IMG/VR virus record: IMGVR_UViG_3300014656_001808
Coordinates: 1-34,288 of that record
Origin: a virus
Lineage: Duplodnaviria > Caudoviricetes
Reading direction: 5' to 3' (one strand)
Length of the DNA: 34,288 bases
The notes beneath the pieces are model-generated. The model ran no database searches and was not told where the DNA came from. It worked only from the letters and a program-made list of their open reading frames with translations. Each line of letters starts with the position of its first letter. The stretch's first letter is position 1. Below, in pieces: positions 25,341 through 33,892 of the stretch. The translations under genes were made by a program, and so were the position numbers.

Positions 25341-26339
25341 CTATTGCGTAACTCCGTTGACCACTACCGTCACCCGCCGCTCTTTTCGCGGGCTCCGCCG
25401 GCGCCGCGCTTCCGCGGCCAGGTTGCCGATAATCCGCGGCCCTTGCCGCAGGTCGTTATCGATCGCCGCCCGTAACCTTTGCTGCGCGTACCCGTTCTTT
25501 TCCCCGTACACCCCGAACCGGAACCGTTCCGCTTCCGCGTCGAGCACCGCCAGGAACGCCCCGGCGAACTGTGCCCCGCCGTAGGGATACTCTTCGTTCG
25601 TTTTTGCGATCTTGACCGGCTCCACCTTGTACATGAAGCTCAGCGTATAGACCTGGTCCGGTTTCGGCGCGAATTTCACACGCCGGATCTGGTCGGTATC
25701 GCTGTCGTGCGCCACCGATACGATCCCGAAGATTTTCGGCACGCCGAGTGTCCCGGCGTACTCGACCAGTTTTTGCCGCACGCGCGCCACGCCGACGTTC
25801 TCGATCGGGCTGTACCCCACGCTGGCCTGGTACTCGAACCGGTCCAGGATATGCCCGAAGTCAGCCGGCAGCTCGTAGTCTTCGTACCCGTAGATGGTGA
25901 ACGCATCCGCCACGTCATCATCGTCGCTATCGAGCGCGCTGCTCAGCGTGACCTGACTGGTACTGGTCACCGAAGCTATGGTGTACGTGTTCTCGGAATC
26001 CGTGAACTTGACCGTGGCCCCCACCATCGCCGTCGTGAATGGTGTATTGGTAGCATCTTTGAGCGTAGTCCCGGTAGTCCCGGCGGTAACTTCGGCCGTC
26101 GCCACCCCGGTTTCCAGCGTGGTCTCGACTTCCAGGAAGCTCCACTTGTGGCTGACCCGATCGGGCGGGATTGGTTCGGGGTAATACAACCGTCTTTCGG
26201 CGTTCTCGATCACTTCGTCAATGTCGAGCTTCTGACCGGCGGTATAGTCCGGGCTGCCCCCGTAGGTTTTGCGCCCGTACCCCAGCAGCCGCCCGGTCCG
26301 TTTAGCCGCGCTTGCGTGCTTCACCGCCAGATCAGCCAT
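25341..26339 (-). CDS. Head-tail adaptor (tail tubular protein A-like) with inserted beta module
   Basis: IN.A.R......H.WSFL, Y.LPADF, P..F, PKPDQVYTL...Y motifs of the adaptor family; follows the capsid genes. Confidence 0.75.
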   Translation of the reverse strand: MADLAVKHASAAKRTGRLLGYGRKTYGGSPDYTAGQKLDIDEVIENAERRLYYPEPIPPDRVSHKWSFLEVETTLETGVATAEVTAGTTGTTLKDATNTPFTTAMVGATVKFTDSENTYTIASVTSTSQVTLSSALDSDDDDVADAFTIYGYEDYELPADFGHILDRFEYQASVGYSPIENVGVARVRQKLVEYAGTLGVPKIFGIVSVAHDSDTDQIRRVKFAPKPDQVYTLSFMYKVEPVKIAKTNEEYPYGGAQFAGAFLAVLDAEAERFRFGVYGEKNGYAQQRLRAAIDNDLRQGPRIIGNLAAEARRRRSPRKERRVTVVVNGVTQ

Positions 26340-26357
26340 ACTTCACTCCAGCACTTG

Positions 26358-26636
26358 TCAGGGTGCTTCGTCCCTGATCTTCTCGATCTTCCCTTCCGCA
26401 TCCGGCGGCGTTTCGACGCCCACCAGATCCTTTTCCGGCATCCAGCCGGTCACGATCGTGACCAATTGATCTTTGTCCAATGGCCCGGCGTTAATTGCCC
26501 GGCTGCGCCGGGCCGCGTCTTCGATCCGGGCCAGCAACTTCGCCGGGATCTCAGCCCCGCCCAGCATGGTCCTGATCTGATTCCGCTGCACTTCCCCAAT
26601 CACCGACTCATAAAAAGGTTCAACCCGCGGTCCCAT
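26358..26636 (-). CDS. Hypothetical protein
   Basis: 92 aa with AAGGAG upstream; between the decoration and adaptor genes. Confidence 0.65.
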   Translation of the reverse strand: MGPRVEPFYESVIGEVQRNQIRTMLGGAEIPAKLLARIEDAARRSRAINAGPLDKDQLVTIVTGWMPEKDLVGVETPPDAEGKIEKIRDEAP

Positions 26637-26654
26637 TCATCTTCTCCTTCTTCA

Positions 26655-26724
26655 GTAGGACGAAGTTCCACTTCGTCAGTCCAGTAGTGCGATCAGTCCA
26701 GTAGTGCGAAGTTCCACTTCGCAC
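26655..26724 (+). repeat. Cluster of two GTAG-hairpin REP-like units with a 17-bp tandem duplication
   Basis: GTAG-GACGAAGT-TCC-ACTTCGTC and GTA-GTGCGAAGT-TCC-ACTTCGCAC; TCAGTCCAGTAGTGCGA twice (26676-26709). Confidence 0.85.
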
Positions 26725-26741
26725 GGCACCCCGACCCCCAA

Positions 26742-26767
26742 GCCGGCCGGGCCCATGCCCGACCGGC
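26742..26767 (-). terminator. GC-rich hairpin after the capsid/decoration genes (terminator or mRNA stabiliser)
   Basis: GCCGGTCGGGC-ATGG-GCCCGGCCGGC on the - strand (one G-U pair); weak U tract. Confidence 0.45.
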
Positions 26768-26791
26768 CGTGGGAGGGGAAAGAAGCCAAAT

Positions 26792-27844
26792 TTACGATTC
26801 GGCTGTACCGTGTGCGGTCAGCGCACGCCATTCCTGGCCGTACCAGATCAAATGCACATCGTCAGCCGCGCCATCCAACGTCAGAGTTCCCAGTGCTCCA
26901 CCAGCCATTGTGAAACCACTTGTTACCGTGATGACCCAATCGCTGGTACCCAGGGCCGCGATCAACTTGAAGCCCTTCTTCTGTCCGTTGATCACGCCGT
27001 CGGCCAGCGTGTCGGTCGCGTTACCGTTAGCCAGTGTCACACCGCCCAAAGCGTAAGTGTACCCGCCGACCATCGCCGCCGACGCCGCGTTGTCGTTCAG
27101 GTCGATAAACTGCTGCAAGCCCGACTCTTCGCCGTCTTCCAGCAGGCACAACACGGTCAACGGTCTCTTACCCAGGACGAAGTAACCAACCTCCATCGTA
27201 CCGCCATCGGAAGCGGCGGCGGTCAGCGTGATCTGCGTTTCGAGATCGACGCTGGCCACCACGTATTCACCCGCCGTACCGCTGTTGGTACCGTCGCTTT
27301 CAACCGTCTGGATAAATACGCGGTCACCGGCCACCACGCCGTTCGTGATGAACGTCGCCGAGCCGTCCGTCAGGATCAACCCGGTCGCGTCCAGGTACGC
27401 ATCGGCCGCCAGGCTCAACTCCAACACGCCACTACCTTCGGCGGCGGTTTTCAATGCCAGGGCCGTACCCCGACCACCAAAACCCTGCAACCCGAAGATA
27501 CCCGGCTGACCGGCCCCGACGCCGCAGGTCATACGTGTCACGCCAACCGTCGTGGCCACGCTGCACAGCACTTCGCAAATGCTGCCCGGCTCATAGATCC
27601 GGATGCGCTGGCCGCCACTGACCGCGTCGTATGCCTCGCACGTCACGCCGGCGAACCACATGTTGTTAGTTGTGGAAGGAAGTTCTACCCGCCGATCGCG
27701 CCGCTGATCCGCAACCGTCGCGGTCCCGTAGTCGCGGTCATAGCAGAGACCTTGACCCTTGAGCAACGCCACCGAACCGGTGAAGAACACTTCCTTGATA
27801 TACACCTGGCCCTGTTTGTCGTAGATCGGATTTCCGACTACCAT
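26792..27844 (-). CDS. Capsid decoration/cement-like protein
   Basis: Immediately downstream of the capsid gene; Gly/Ala/Thr-rich beta protein (G.GLCYD...FAGV....Y...G.Q.I.IYEPG). Confidence 0.65.
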   Translation of the reverse strand: MVVGNPIYDKQGQVYIKEVFFTGSVALLKGQGLCYDRDYGTATVADQRRDRRVELPSTTNNMWFAGVTCEAYDAVSGGQRIRIYEPGSICEVLCSVATTVGVTRMTCGVGAGQPGIFGLQGFGGRGTALALKTAAEGSGVLELSLAADAYLDATGLILTDGSATFITNGVVAGDRVFIQTVESDGTNSGTAGEYVVASVDLETQITLTAAASDGGTMEVGYFVLGKRPLTVLCLLEDGEESGLQQFIDLNDNAASAAMVGGYTYALGGVTLANGNATDTLADGVINGQKKGFKLIAALGTSDWVITVTSGFTMAGGALGTLTLDGAADDVHLIWYGQEWRALTAHGTAES

Positions 27845-27873
27845 TATCTCACCATTCCTTTCATCAGCTCCGA

Positions 27874-28926
27874 CTAGATCGCCGGGCCGATCAGAATGCC
27901 GTTCTGCCTTCGATCGCGACAGACCAGGTTGCCTTCCCCGTCGATAAACACTGCCAGCACCGTGTGCTTGTTAGCCACCGGTTGCGGCTTGCCTTCAACC
28001 AGGAACCCACCCGGCTTGACGCACCACTCGATCGTGGACCAATCGACCGCCACGATCTGCTGATTCGTCTTGGTGTCGAGTGCCGGCACCCAGCGAACCG
28101 GGTGCCGCTTGAAGATCACCTCATCGAAATACATACCCAGGTCCGGACCATGGTTGTCATTCTGCTGACGGGCCCGTTTCTCCGCCGCTTCCAGCGTGTA
28201 CTCGTCTGTGTAGTACACCTGCTGATCGCGGGCTTCGGTGTAGTTCTCCTGAGTCGGCCGCGGTGCGATGAAGTTAGTCTTCCGGTGCATCCGCGCCCAC
28301 TTCTTGATAAGGTCATCTTCCCCGAATGTCGTCCAGGAGTGGGTCCAATTCCGCCACTGCGCGTGCGTCAGTCCACCGGAAGGATTGGCGTGTCCGCTCG
28401 GCGTGATGCCGCCGAACTCGCCCGCACCGGTAGTTGCCGATGCGCCGGTGATTTTGCTCACGATCCAGTAGAAGATTCCAAACGGTGTCAACGTGTCAGT
28501 GTCGCCCGGCGGATCGGCCCAGAATTTCGCTTCCAGGTACTTGACCAGCGCCGCCTGGCCCTGCTCGCGCCGGATCTTGTACAGATCCAGAATGCGGACC
28601 GGGTCGGTGTTATGGTCAATCTCACCCTGGTCAAAGCTGAAATTCGCGGTAACCTTTTTCCACTGCACGACGACTTCGTGCAGACCGTCCACGACGGCCA
28701 GTACGTCATCGTCGTACATGGCGGTGGCCCGTGCCGAGCCGTTGTCTTCGCCCAGCACGTTCCGCCGAATATCCGTTCCGGGCAACTCTTTAGTCGCCTG
28801 CTCGGTCAGTATCTTGGGGGCCGCGTGGTACCGCTGAAGCGTGTACATCAAGGTGGTGTACTTCAGCCGGTCCAGCCCTTCCTGACTTGCCAGCAGGAGA
28901 TCAGCCAATTCCGCGATCGTAATCAC
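27874..28926 (-). CDS. Major capsid protein (HK97 fold)
   Basis: 350 aa directly after the scaffold; GAGG SD with GTG start; W.NW, F...P..WVP.LD, N..C.DRR.NG C-terminal pattern of a phage capsid family. Confidence 0.8.
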   Translation of the reverse strand: MITIAELADLLLASQEGLDRLKYTTLMYTLQRYHAAPKILTEQATKELPGTDIRRNVLGEDNGSARATAMYDDDVLAVVDGLHEVVVQWKKVTANFSFDQGEIDHNTDPVRILDLYKIRREQGQAALVKYLEAKFWADPPGDTDTLTPFGIFYWIVSKITGASATTGAGEFGGITPSGHANPSGGLTHAQWRNWTHSWTTFGEDDLIKKWARMHRKTNFIAPRPTQENYTEARDQQVYYTDEYTLEAAEKRARQQNDNHGPDLGMYFDEVIFKRHPVRWVPALDTKTNQQIVAVDWSTIEWCVKPGGFLVEGKPQPVANKHTVLAVFIDGEGNLVCRDRRQNGILIGPAI

Positions 28927-28965
28927 GAAAGAGCCTCACTTCCTGCGCTGTTTATAGGATGTCGG

Positions 28966-30081
28966 CTAACCGGATCCGCGATGCTTCGCCTGCGCCGCCG
29001 CGATCTTTTCGATCGCTTTGCGCTGCTTCTCGGCGGCCGTAGTGGCCCCCGGCTTGCGCGCCGTCGGCCTTGGCAGGCTATCTTCGTTGTATTCATCGAT
29101 TTCCCGGTTGGCCTGGTCCTTCACAAGCGCTATGGCGTGCTCGTAAAATCTGCCGTTAAGTGCTCTCCGGAAAACTTCATCTTCATCCGGCACCTGTCCG
29201 CCATTTTCGCGCATCATGCCATTGCTGATCGCGGCCATCGCCTGCCACAGGTCCGTATGCTTCTCGAATTCCGGATCGCTCTCCTGGAGTTTTCCGACGG
29301 GCTTATCGCCGAAAATCTCCTGCCAACCGGGACCCAGCTCCTTGATCCGCTTGTCATGCCGGCTCATAAACTGCCTGGCGTTATGATTGATCTGCTTTTG
29401 ACGGTCGGCCAGAAACACCTGCTCCATCTTGGCCACGCGCTGGTTCATCTCTTTGTAGATGCCCTTCACGGCGGCGGTCAGCGTTTCCTCGGCCACGTCC
29501 TCATCAATCTCACCCAGGTATTTCGGCATTTCCCCCGTTGGCGTGGGCTGGACCTCGACCGCGGGCTCCGTCGCGCCCGCGTCAACCCTGGCCGGCGGCT
29601 GCTCGGTTTTTAACGGAGCTGGCTGCCCCGCCGCCGCCGTCCATTCCATGCGATCCAGCAGGATCGGCAGTCTATCCGGTCCCGCCGCGGCGATCATCTC
29701 GTCGGTATATCCGAACTTCTTCGCCCGTTCCTTGAGCTGATCGCTGATCGCCGGCTTCTCCCGCGCTGCCTTTTCGGGCGTCGGTTCATCGCGGGCCGGA
29801 ATTTTCTCATCGGCCGCGGCATCCTTACCCTTTTCCGGCGCAGTATCTTGTTTGCCCTTCGCGGGCTTCTGTTCTTCAGGCTTCTCCCCCGCCTTTGCGG
29901 CAGGACGAAGTTTCACTTCGTCAGCGTGGCTCCCACCAGGCTCCACCGTTTCTTCGGCCGGCGGCAGCCGGCTCTCGTTAATTTGTGCCAATACGGCCTT
30001 GACCCCTTCGAGCGCCTTCGCACTCGGCGCGGGCACGGTCAAAACCGCCGTATCACCATTTTGCTCTTTGCCTTTACCCAT
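28966..30081 (-). CDS. Capsid scaffolding protein
   Basis: Start reassigned to ATG 30081 (GGAG SD); E/K/P/A-rich disordered N-half and helical C-half; directly upstream of the capsid gene. Confidence 0.7.
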   Translation of the reverse strand: MGKGKEQNGDTAVLTVPAPSAKALEGVKAVLAQINESRLPPAEETVEPGGSHADEVKLRPAAKAGEKPEEQKPAKGKQDTAPEKGKDAAADEKIPARDEPTPEKAAREKPAISDQLKERAKKFGYTDEMIAAAGPDRLPILLDRMEWTAAAGQPAPLKTEQPPARVDAGATEPAVEVQPTPTGEMPKYLGEIDEDVAEETLTAAVKGIYKEMNQRVAKMEQVFLADRQKQINHNARQFMSRHDKRIKELGPGWQEIFGDKPVGKLQESDPEFEKHTDLWQAMAAISNGMMRENGGQVPDEDEVFRRALNGRFYEHAIALVKDQANREIDEYNEDSLPRPTARKPGATTAAEKQRKAIEKIAAAQAKHRGSG

Positions 30082-30108
30082 CGGTTCACTCCGCCAACCC
30101 TGGTCAAC

Positions 30109-30142
30109 AAAAAAGGGCAAGCCGCGCTTTCGCGACTTGCCC
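30109..30142 (-). terminator. Intrinsic terminator-like hairpin upstream of the scaffold gene
   Basis: GGGCAAGTCGCG-AAAG-CGCGGCTTGCCC followed by TTTTTT on the - strand. Confidence 0.7.
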
Positions 30143-30227
30143 AACCAGGCCGCTTCGTGTGTGGGCCGAAGTATTTCGTTAAGCGACCTGGCCAAAGGCC
30201 GCCCGGCCCGCTATTCGTGGTCCGTCG

Positions 30228-31250
30228 CTACTCGCGACGGCCCGCCGCAGTCTCACCGGATGTCTCTTTAACGTCGCTCCAATAATTCCGCAAGGGGTAC
30301 CCCGGAATTTTATCCGCCACGGCGAACCCCGCCGCGTGTTTGTGACCGCCGCCGCCGTACATTTTGGCGATCTCGGAAACGTCCACGCTGCCCTTCCCCC
30401 GCAGTTGGTAGACGTACTTTCCATCCATAAACGACCAGCTCGCCACGAATCCATGCCACCCGGACACGCCCGAGAAACCTTCCCAGACTTTATCATCGAT
30501 CAACGGCCGTTCCGACTGCGCCTTGGCGTACAAGCGCACGATCATCCGGTCGCACACGTCGGAAGCCAGCATATAGGGCGCGTTGACGCACAGGCACTCG
30601 TCCGGCCCGATGGCGACCTTGTCCAGCTCGATCACTTCCGGATTCTTGATCAATTGGATCGCCGCCTTCTCCTGCCACCGCCGGATCGCGATACCTTCCT
30701 GGAACAGCGTATCCAGTGGCTCCACCCGCACCATTTCATCGAAGCCCGCAAAATCAAAGTCGTAGGCATACAGCGCCGCGCAAATTTCGCGCGTCTGATC
30801 CATCCGGAACCGCCACAGATCCCGATCCTCGATATGCCGCAGCAGTTGCGGCACGTCTTCGCCCGGGCAGAAGTATTTCCACGCCAGCACGGCCCCCGAC
30901 TGGTTCATATCGAAGATACAATCGTCCAACCCTTCCAACTCGCTGGCGGCCGACTGGTGATGGTCGATCACCACCACCTTCCTCATCTTGCGCCACTGCT
31001 CGATCTCTTTCCGCGGGATACTGTAGTCCACCAGGTAAACAGTAGCCCGCCCATCAGCCCGCAAAGACGGCACCTTCCCGTACCCCGCCGGCATGTATTC
31101 CGCCCGGTCCCCGAATTTCCGCCAGGCCGCGTAAGCCGCCCCGAACCCGTCCAGGCACCCGGCGTGATAGATCACCACCGGCCTGTCGCAATCCTCATCT
31201 TTTGTGGGACCGGTTTGCAACCGGTCATTCTGCTCTTCAACCATCGTCAA
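30228..31250 (-). CDS. DHH/DHHA1 family phosphoesterase
   Basis: IYH..C.DGFGAA, LVDYS, VIDHH, SGA.LAW, IEDRDLW, GGGGHKHAAGF; AAGGAAGG SD. Confidence 0.92.
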   Translation of the reverse strand: MTMVEEQNDRLQTGPTKDEDCDRPVVIYHAGCLDGFGAAYAAWRKFGDRAEYMPAGYGKVPSLRADGRATVYLVDYSIPRKEIEQWRKMRKVVVIDHHQSAASELEGLDDCIFDMNQSGAVLAWKYFCPGEDVPQLLRHIEDRDLWRFRMDQTREICAALYAYDFDFAGFDEMVRVEPLDTLFQEGIAIRRWQEKAAIQLIKNPEVIELDKVAIGPDECLCVNAPYMLASDVCDRMIVRLYAKAQSERPLIDDKVWEGFSGVSGWHGFVASWSFMDGKYVYQLRGKGSVDVSEIAKMYGGGGHKHAAGFAVADKIPGYPLRNYWSDVKETSGETAAGRRE

Positions 31251-31262
31251 CCTTCCTTTCTT

Positions 31263-31595
31263 CTACGGCCGATACTGTCGATAGCACGCATCCTTGTCGT
31301 ACAGCTTAAAAAACTTGCTCAATTGATTTTCGTGATGCTGATTCTCCACCCGCGCCCTCCCGGTAGCCGGATCGAAGTGCGTCGGGATCCCCGCGTCGGC
31401 CAGCATTTTCTCGTCAGCCCTGATATGTTCCGGATTCGTACCGGTCCCAAACGTATCCGACCAGCGCGGCCACGGATTCGCCGCCCGCGGCAATCGCCCG
31501 GCAGCGCTGGTTGACCCGCAATGTTCGCACACCCGCGCGCCATCCGCGCAAGCCGAATACATTTTGCAATGCCGACAAATGAACCCGCAGATCAT
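31263..31595 (-). CDS. Zinc-ribbon (FmdB-like) protein
   Basis: F.CRHC...CEHCG N-terminal ribbon, then WP..SD..G.NP..I; ATGA coupling. Confidence 0.7.
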   Translation of the reverse strand: MICGFICRHCKMYSACADGARVCEHCGSTSAAGRLPRAANPWPRWSDTFGTGTNPEHIRADEKMLADAGIPTHFDPATGRARVENQHHENQLSKFFKLYDKDACYRQYRP

Positions 31596-31921
31596 TTCTT
31601 CGCTTCCGCCGCCGCCCGTAGTCGTTCCAGCAAATCCGTCTGTTTTTCAACCATCGTGGTCATCCGGTTGACCGAATGATTCAACGCGCTAATGGCTTTG
31701 TCCAGGCCCGGCGGCCGGAACACCAGCGGCCGCCCGTCCGCGTCGCTTTGTTTGTGCAAGTCCGTCAATTGCTCGACCTGCGTGCCGATTTTACAGATTT
31801 TGACGTAACTATCCCCGTTGCTCCCCTTCTTCCGGTAACTCAGCACTTCCTTGATCAACAGCAGCGCGAAAATCCCCCCAACTCCGAGTTCGGTAGCTAT
31901 ATCTGGCAACTGCCCCAGCAT
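31592..31921 (-). CDS. Single-TM membrane protein, holin-like
   Basis: N-terminal TM ELGVGGIFALLLIKEVL followed by a basic patch and coiled coil. Confidence 0.5.
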   Translation of the reverse strand: MLGQLPDIATELGVGGIFALLLIKEVLSYRKKGSNGDSYVKICKIGTQVEQLTDLHKQSDADGRPLVFRPPGLDKAISALNHSVNRMTTMVEKQTDLLERLRAAAEAKK

Positions 31922-31931
31922 AGTTACCCCT

Positions 31932-33635
31932 TTAACCGGCTGCCGCCAGTGCTCCCGCGTTCTGCGCCTGCGCCATGGCCCCGGCCATGTTCGCTTCCTG
32001 GCCGGTTCGCGACGGCGCGGCCGTGTTCACCCGCTGATGCGTCCGCGTCGTATTAGCCGGCGCCGGCGCCGGCTCGTTCGCGCCCGTTGCAACCGGCTCC
32101 GTACTCACGATCACTTCGCTCAGTTCCGGCATGTCGTACATGCGCGCCAGCTTATCGATCAGCATGCCCATATCGAACGACTTGCCCTGCCGCATCATCT
32201 CCGGGTATAGCGGCTGGAGCTGCCCCAGCATGGCCATCAGGGCTTGCGCCCGTTCGCCCGGCGACCGGTACGACAGGGCGTAAGGCTCGATCTTGATCTC
32301 GTAGCTCAGCAGATCGCCCTTACGGTGCTCCGGCCCGAAGCGCACCGGCACGGTCAACCCGGGCACCCCCGGTATCTGCCGCTCGAACACGTGCGCCGTG
32401 ACCGGATCTTTCCAGATATAGTGCCCGATCGTCCGGGCACACCACTGCACGGCCCGCAAAACCCGCTCGGAAATATCCTGGATGAGCATCCCGGCGCGCT
32501 CATTTAAGATCCGCTCCTGCCCCAATGTCCCGGCCGATGGCGACAGGCCGCCCAGCATATCCAGGTTCCCGGCCGTCATAAAGAACCGGTCCACCAGGTG
32601 CATGCCGTAGTTGAACGTCCGCGCGTCCACCCCGCCCAGGCTGTAGCCCTTGAGCAATTCCGGCGACATGACCGGGATATAATCCCCGTCTTTGGAATGC
32701 AGGATCTTCTCGCCGTCTTCCCTGGCGTTCATCGGGCCGGCCAGGATATTCCGCTGCGCGTCGGCCTGGTCCTCCATTTTGCGGTACATATTGTTGGCCA
32801 TGCGATGCAACTCGCTCAGCATGGCCACGCTGGCCAACGGCATGATATTCCGCGGCACGTCGCCGAACCCCAGGAAGTAGTACGGCCCGCTGCGCGGGCC
32901 TTTGAACTTCCACGTCTTCAACGGCCTGGCAGCATCGTGGCCCCCGTCGATGATCATCGTCTGCGTGGCCGGCAGGTACGTTTCCCAAAGATCCACCATA
33001 TCCACCGGCCGGTCGTCCTGCCTGGCCCCCCTGGATGCGTCACCCGCCCGTTCCTCGCTATCGAAAGTGATTTTCTGCAATGCTTCGCGTGCCTCGGCAT
33101 CCCACTTCTCATTGCTCCTGGCTTCTTCGAGTGGCATCTGGAACCGGTGTCCGCGGTACTGCGTATCTTTCCATCTTTCCGCCTGCGTATCGTGGAACCA
33201 GTCGTCCAGGTCGATGCTATCTATATACGGTTGCCTGGCCTTGTAGCCTTCCTGCTTATCGATCGAGCCTTTCAGGATCCCGACCCCGAAGAACGCGCCC
33301 ATGACCGCTTCGCGGATGGTCTCCTGCAACTCCATTATGGCGATCCGCTGATTGATCGAATACTCGAAGTGTGTCGCCGTCGTGCGCAATTGCGGATAGT
33401 GCGTGCTCAGCATCACGCGCGGGTCTTTACCGACGATGTACCGGGCCCAGATTTGCACGGCCATCGTCAGCAGCGGCATCGGCACGGCATGTTCAGTCCC
33501 GCCGTCGCCGTAGTTCCCCCCGCAGTATTCTTTGATGGCGTACAGACGATTTGATCGGTTAGTGGCAAGTTGCTGAAATGAATTTTCCCGCGCGGCTGCC
33601 AGCCGGGCGAAGTCATCGGCATTGTTTGGGTCCAT
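31932..33635 (-). CDS. Portal protein
   Basis: 567 aa with GGAGG SD; GPY..LGF..VP....P, GNLD.LGG....A.TLGQE and a P22-type C-terminal region; upstream of scaffold and capsid. Confidence 0.85.
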   Translation of the reverse strand: MDPNNADDFARLAAARENSFQQLATNRSNRLYAIKEYCGGNYGDGGTEHAVPMPLLTMAVQIWARYIVGKDPRVMLSTHYPQLRTTATHFEYSINQRIAIMELQETIREAVMGAFFGVGILKGSIDKQEGYKARQPYIDSIDLDDWFHDTQAERWKDTQYRGHRFQMPLEEARSNEKWDAEAREALQKITFDSEERAGDASRGARQDDRPVDMVDLWETYLPATQTMIIDGGHDAARPLKTWKFKGPRSGPYYFLGFGDVPRNIMPLASVAMLSELHRMANNMYRKMEDQADAQRNILAGPMNAREDGEKILHSKDGDYIPVMSPELLKGYSLGGVDARTFNYGMHLVDRFFMTAGNLDMLGGLSPSAGTLGQERILNERAGMLIQDISERVLRAVQWCARTIGHYIWKDPVTAHVFERQIPGVPGLTVPVRFGPEHRKGDLLSYEIKIEPYALSYRSPGERAQALMAMLGQLQPLYPEMMRQGKSFDMGMLIDKLARMYDMPELSEVIVSTEPVATGANEPAPAPANTTRTHQRVNTAAPSRTGQEANMAGAMAQAQNAGALAAAG

Positions 33636-33773
33636 TGTTCCGGACCTCCAAACGCGCCGGCTGGCCAGCTTGCACCAACCAGCCGGCGCTACGAGGAGTT
33701 CACATCGTCCGGCAGACTATCCCCGCCACCGGCGTCCGTCAACCCTCAGGTAGCGCAAAGTTTCACTTCGCAC

Positions 33774-33815
33774 AAAAAACCGCCGGCCGACCCTGGCTGC
33801 ACAAGGCCGACCGGC
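33774..33815 (-). terminator. Intrinsic terminator-like hairpin upstream of the portal gene
   Basis: 14-bp RNA stem with G-U pairs (GCCGGTCGGCCTTG/CAGGGTCGGCCGGC) then GGTTTTTT. Confidence 0.65.
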
Positions 33816-33892
33816 TTTCAGAGAAGGTGTGCTTCACACCCGGCTTATCAAAAGCTGAGTTCCAAATCAAGCAGAACGAAGTTTCACTTCGT

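Noticed and set aside
26655-26724. Possible mini-CRISPR array
   Set aside because: Units differ in stem sequence, the intervening sequence is short and itself duplicated, and no cas genes are present; better explained as REP-like units.
30082-30195. N-terminal extension of the scaffold ORF
   Set aside because: It runs through a terminator-like hairpin; ATG 30081 has a GGAG SD.
22523-33554. Long + strand ORFs (e.g. 22523-24346, 25479-26687, 27964-29613, 30336-31514, 32598-33554)
   Set aside because: Antisense shadows of well-supported - strand genes in high-GC DNA; Arg/His/Pro-rich composition and no recognisable motifs.
11819-33723. 12-bp match GCAGACTATCCC at ~11819 and ~33712
   Set aside because: A single 12-bp match is expected by chance in 34 kb.
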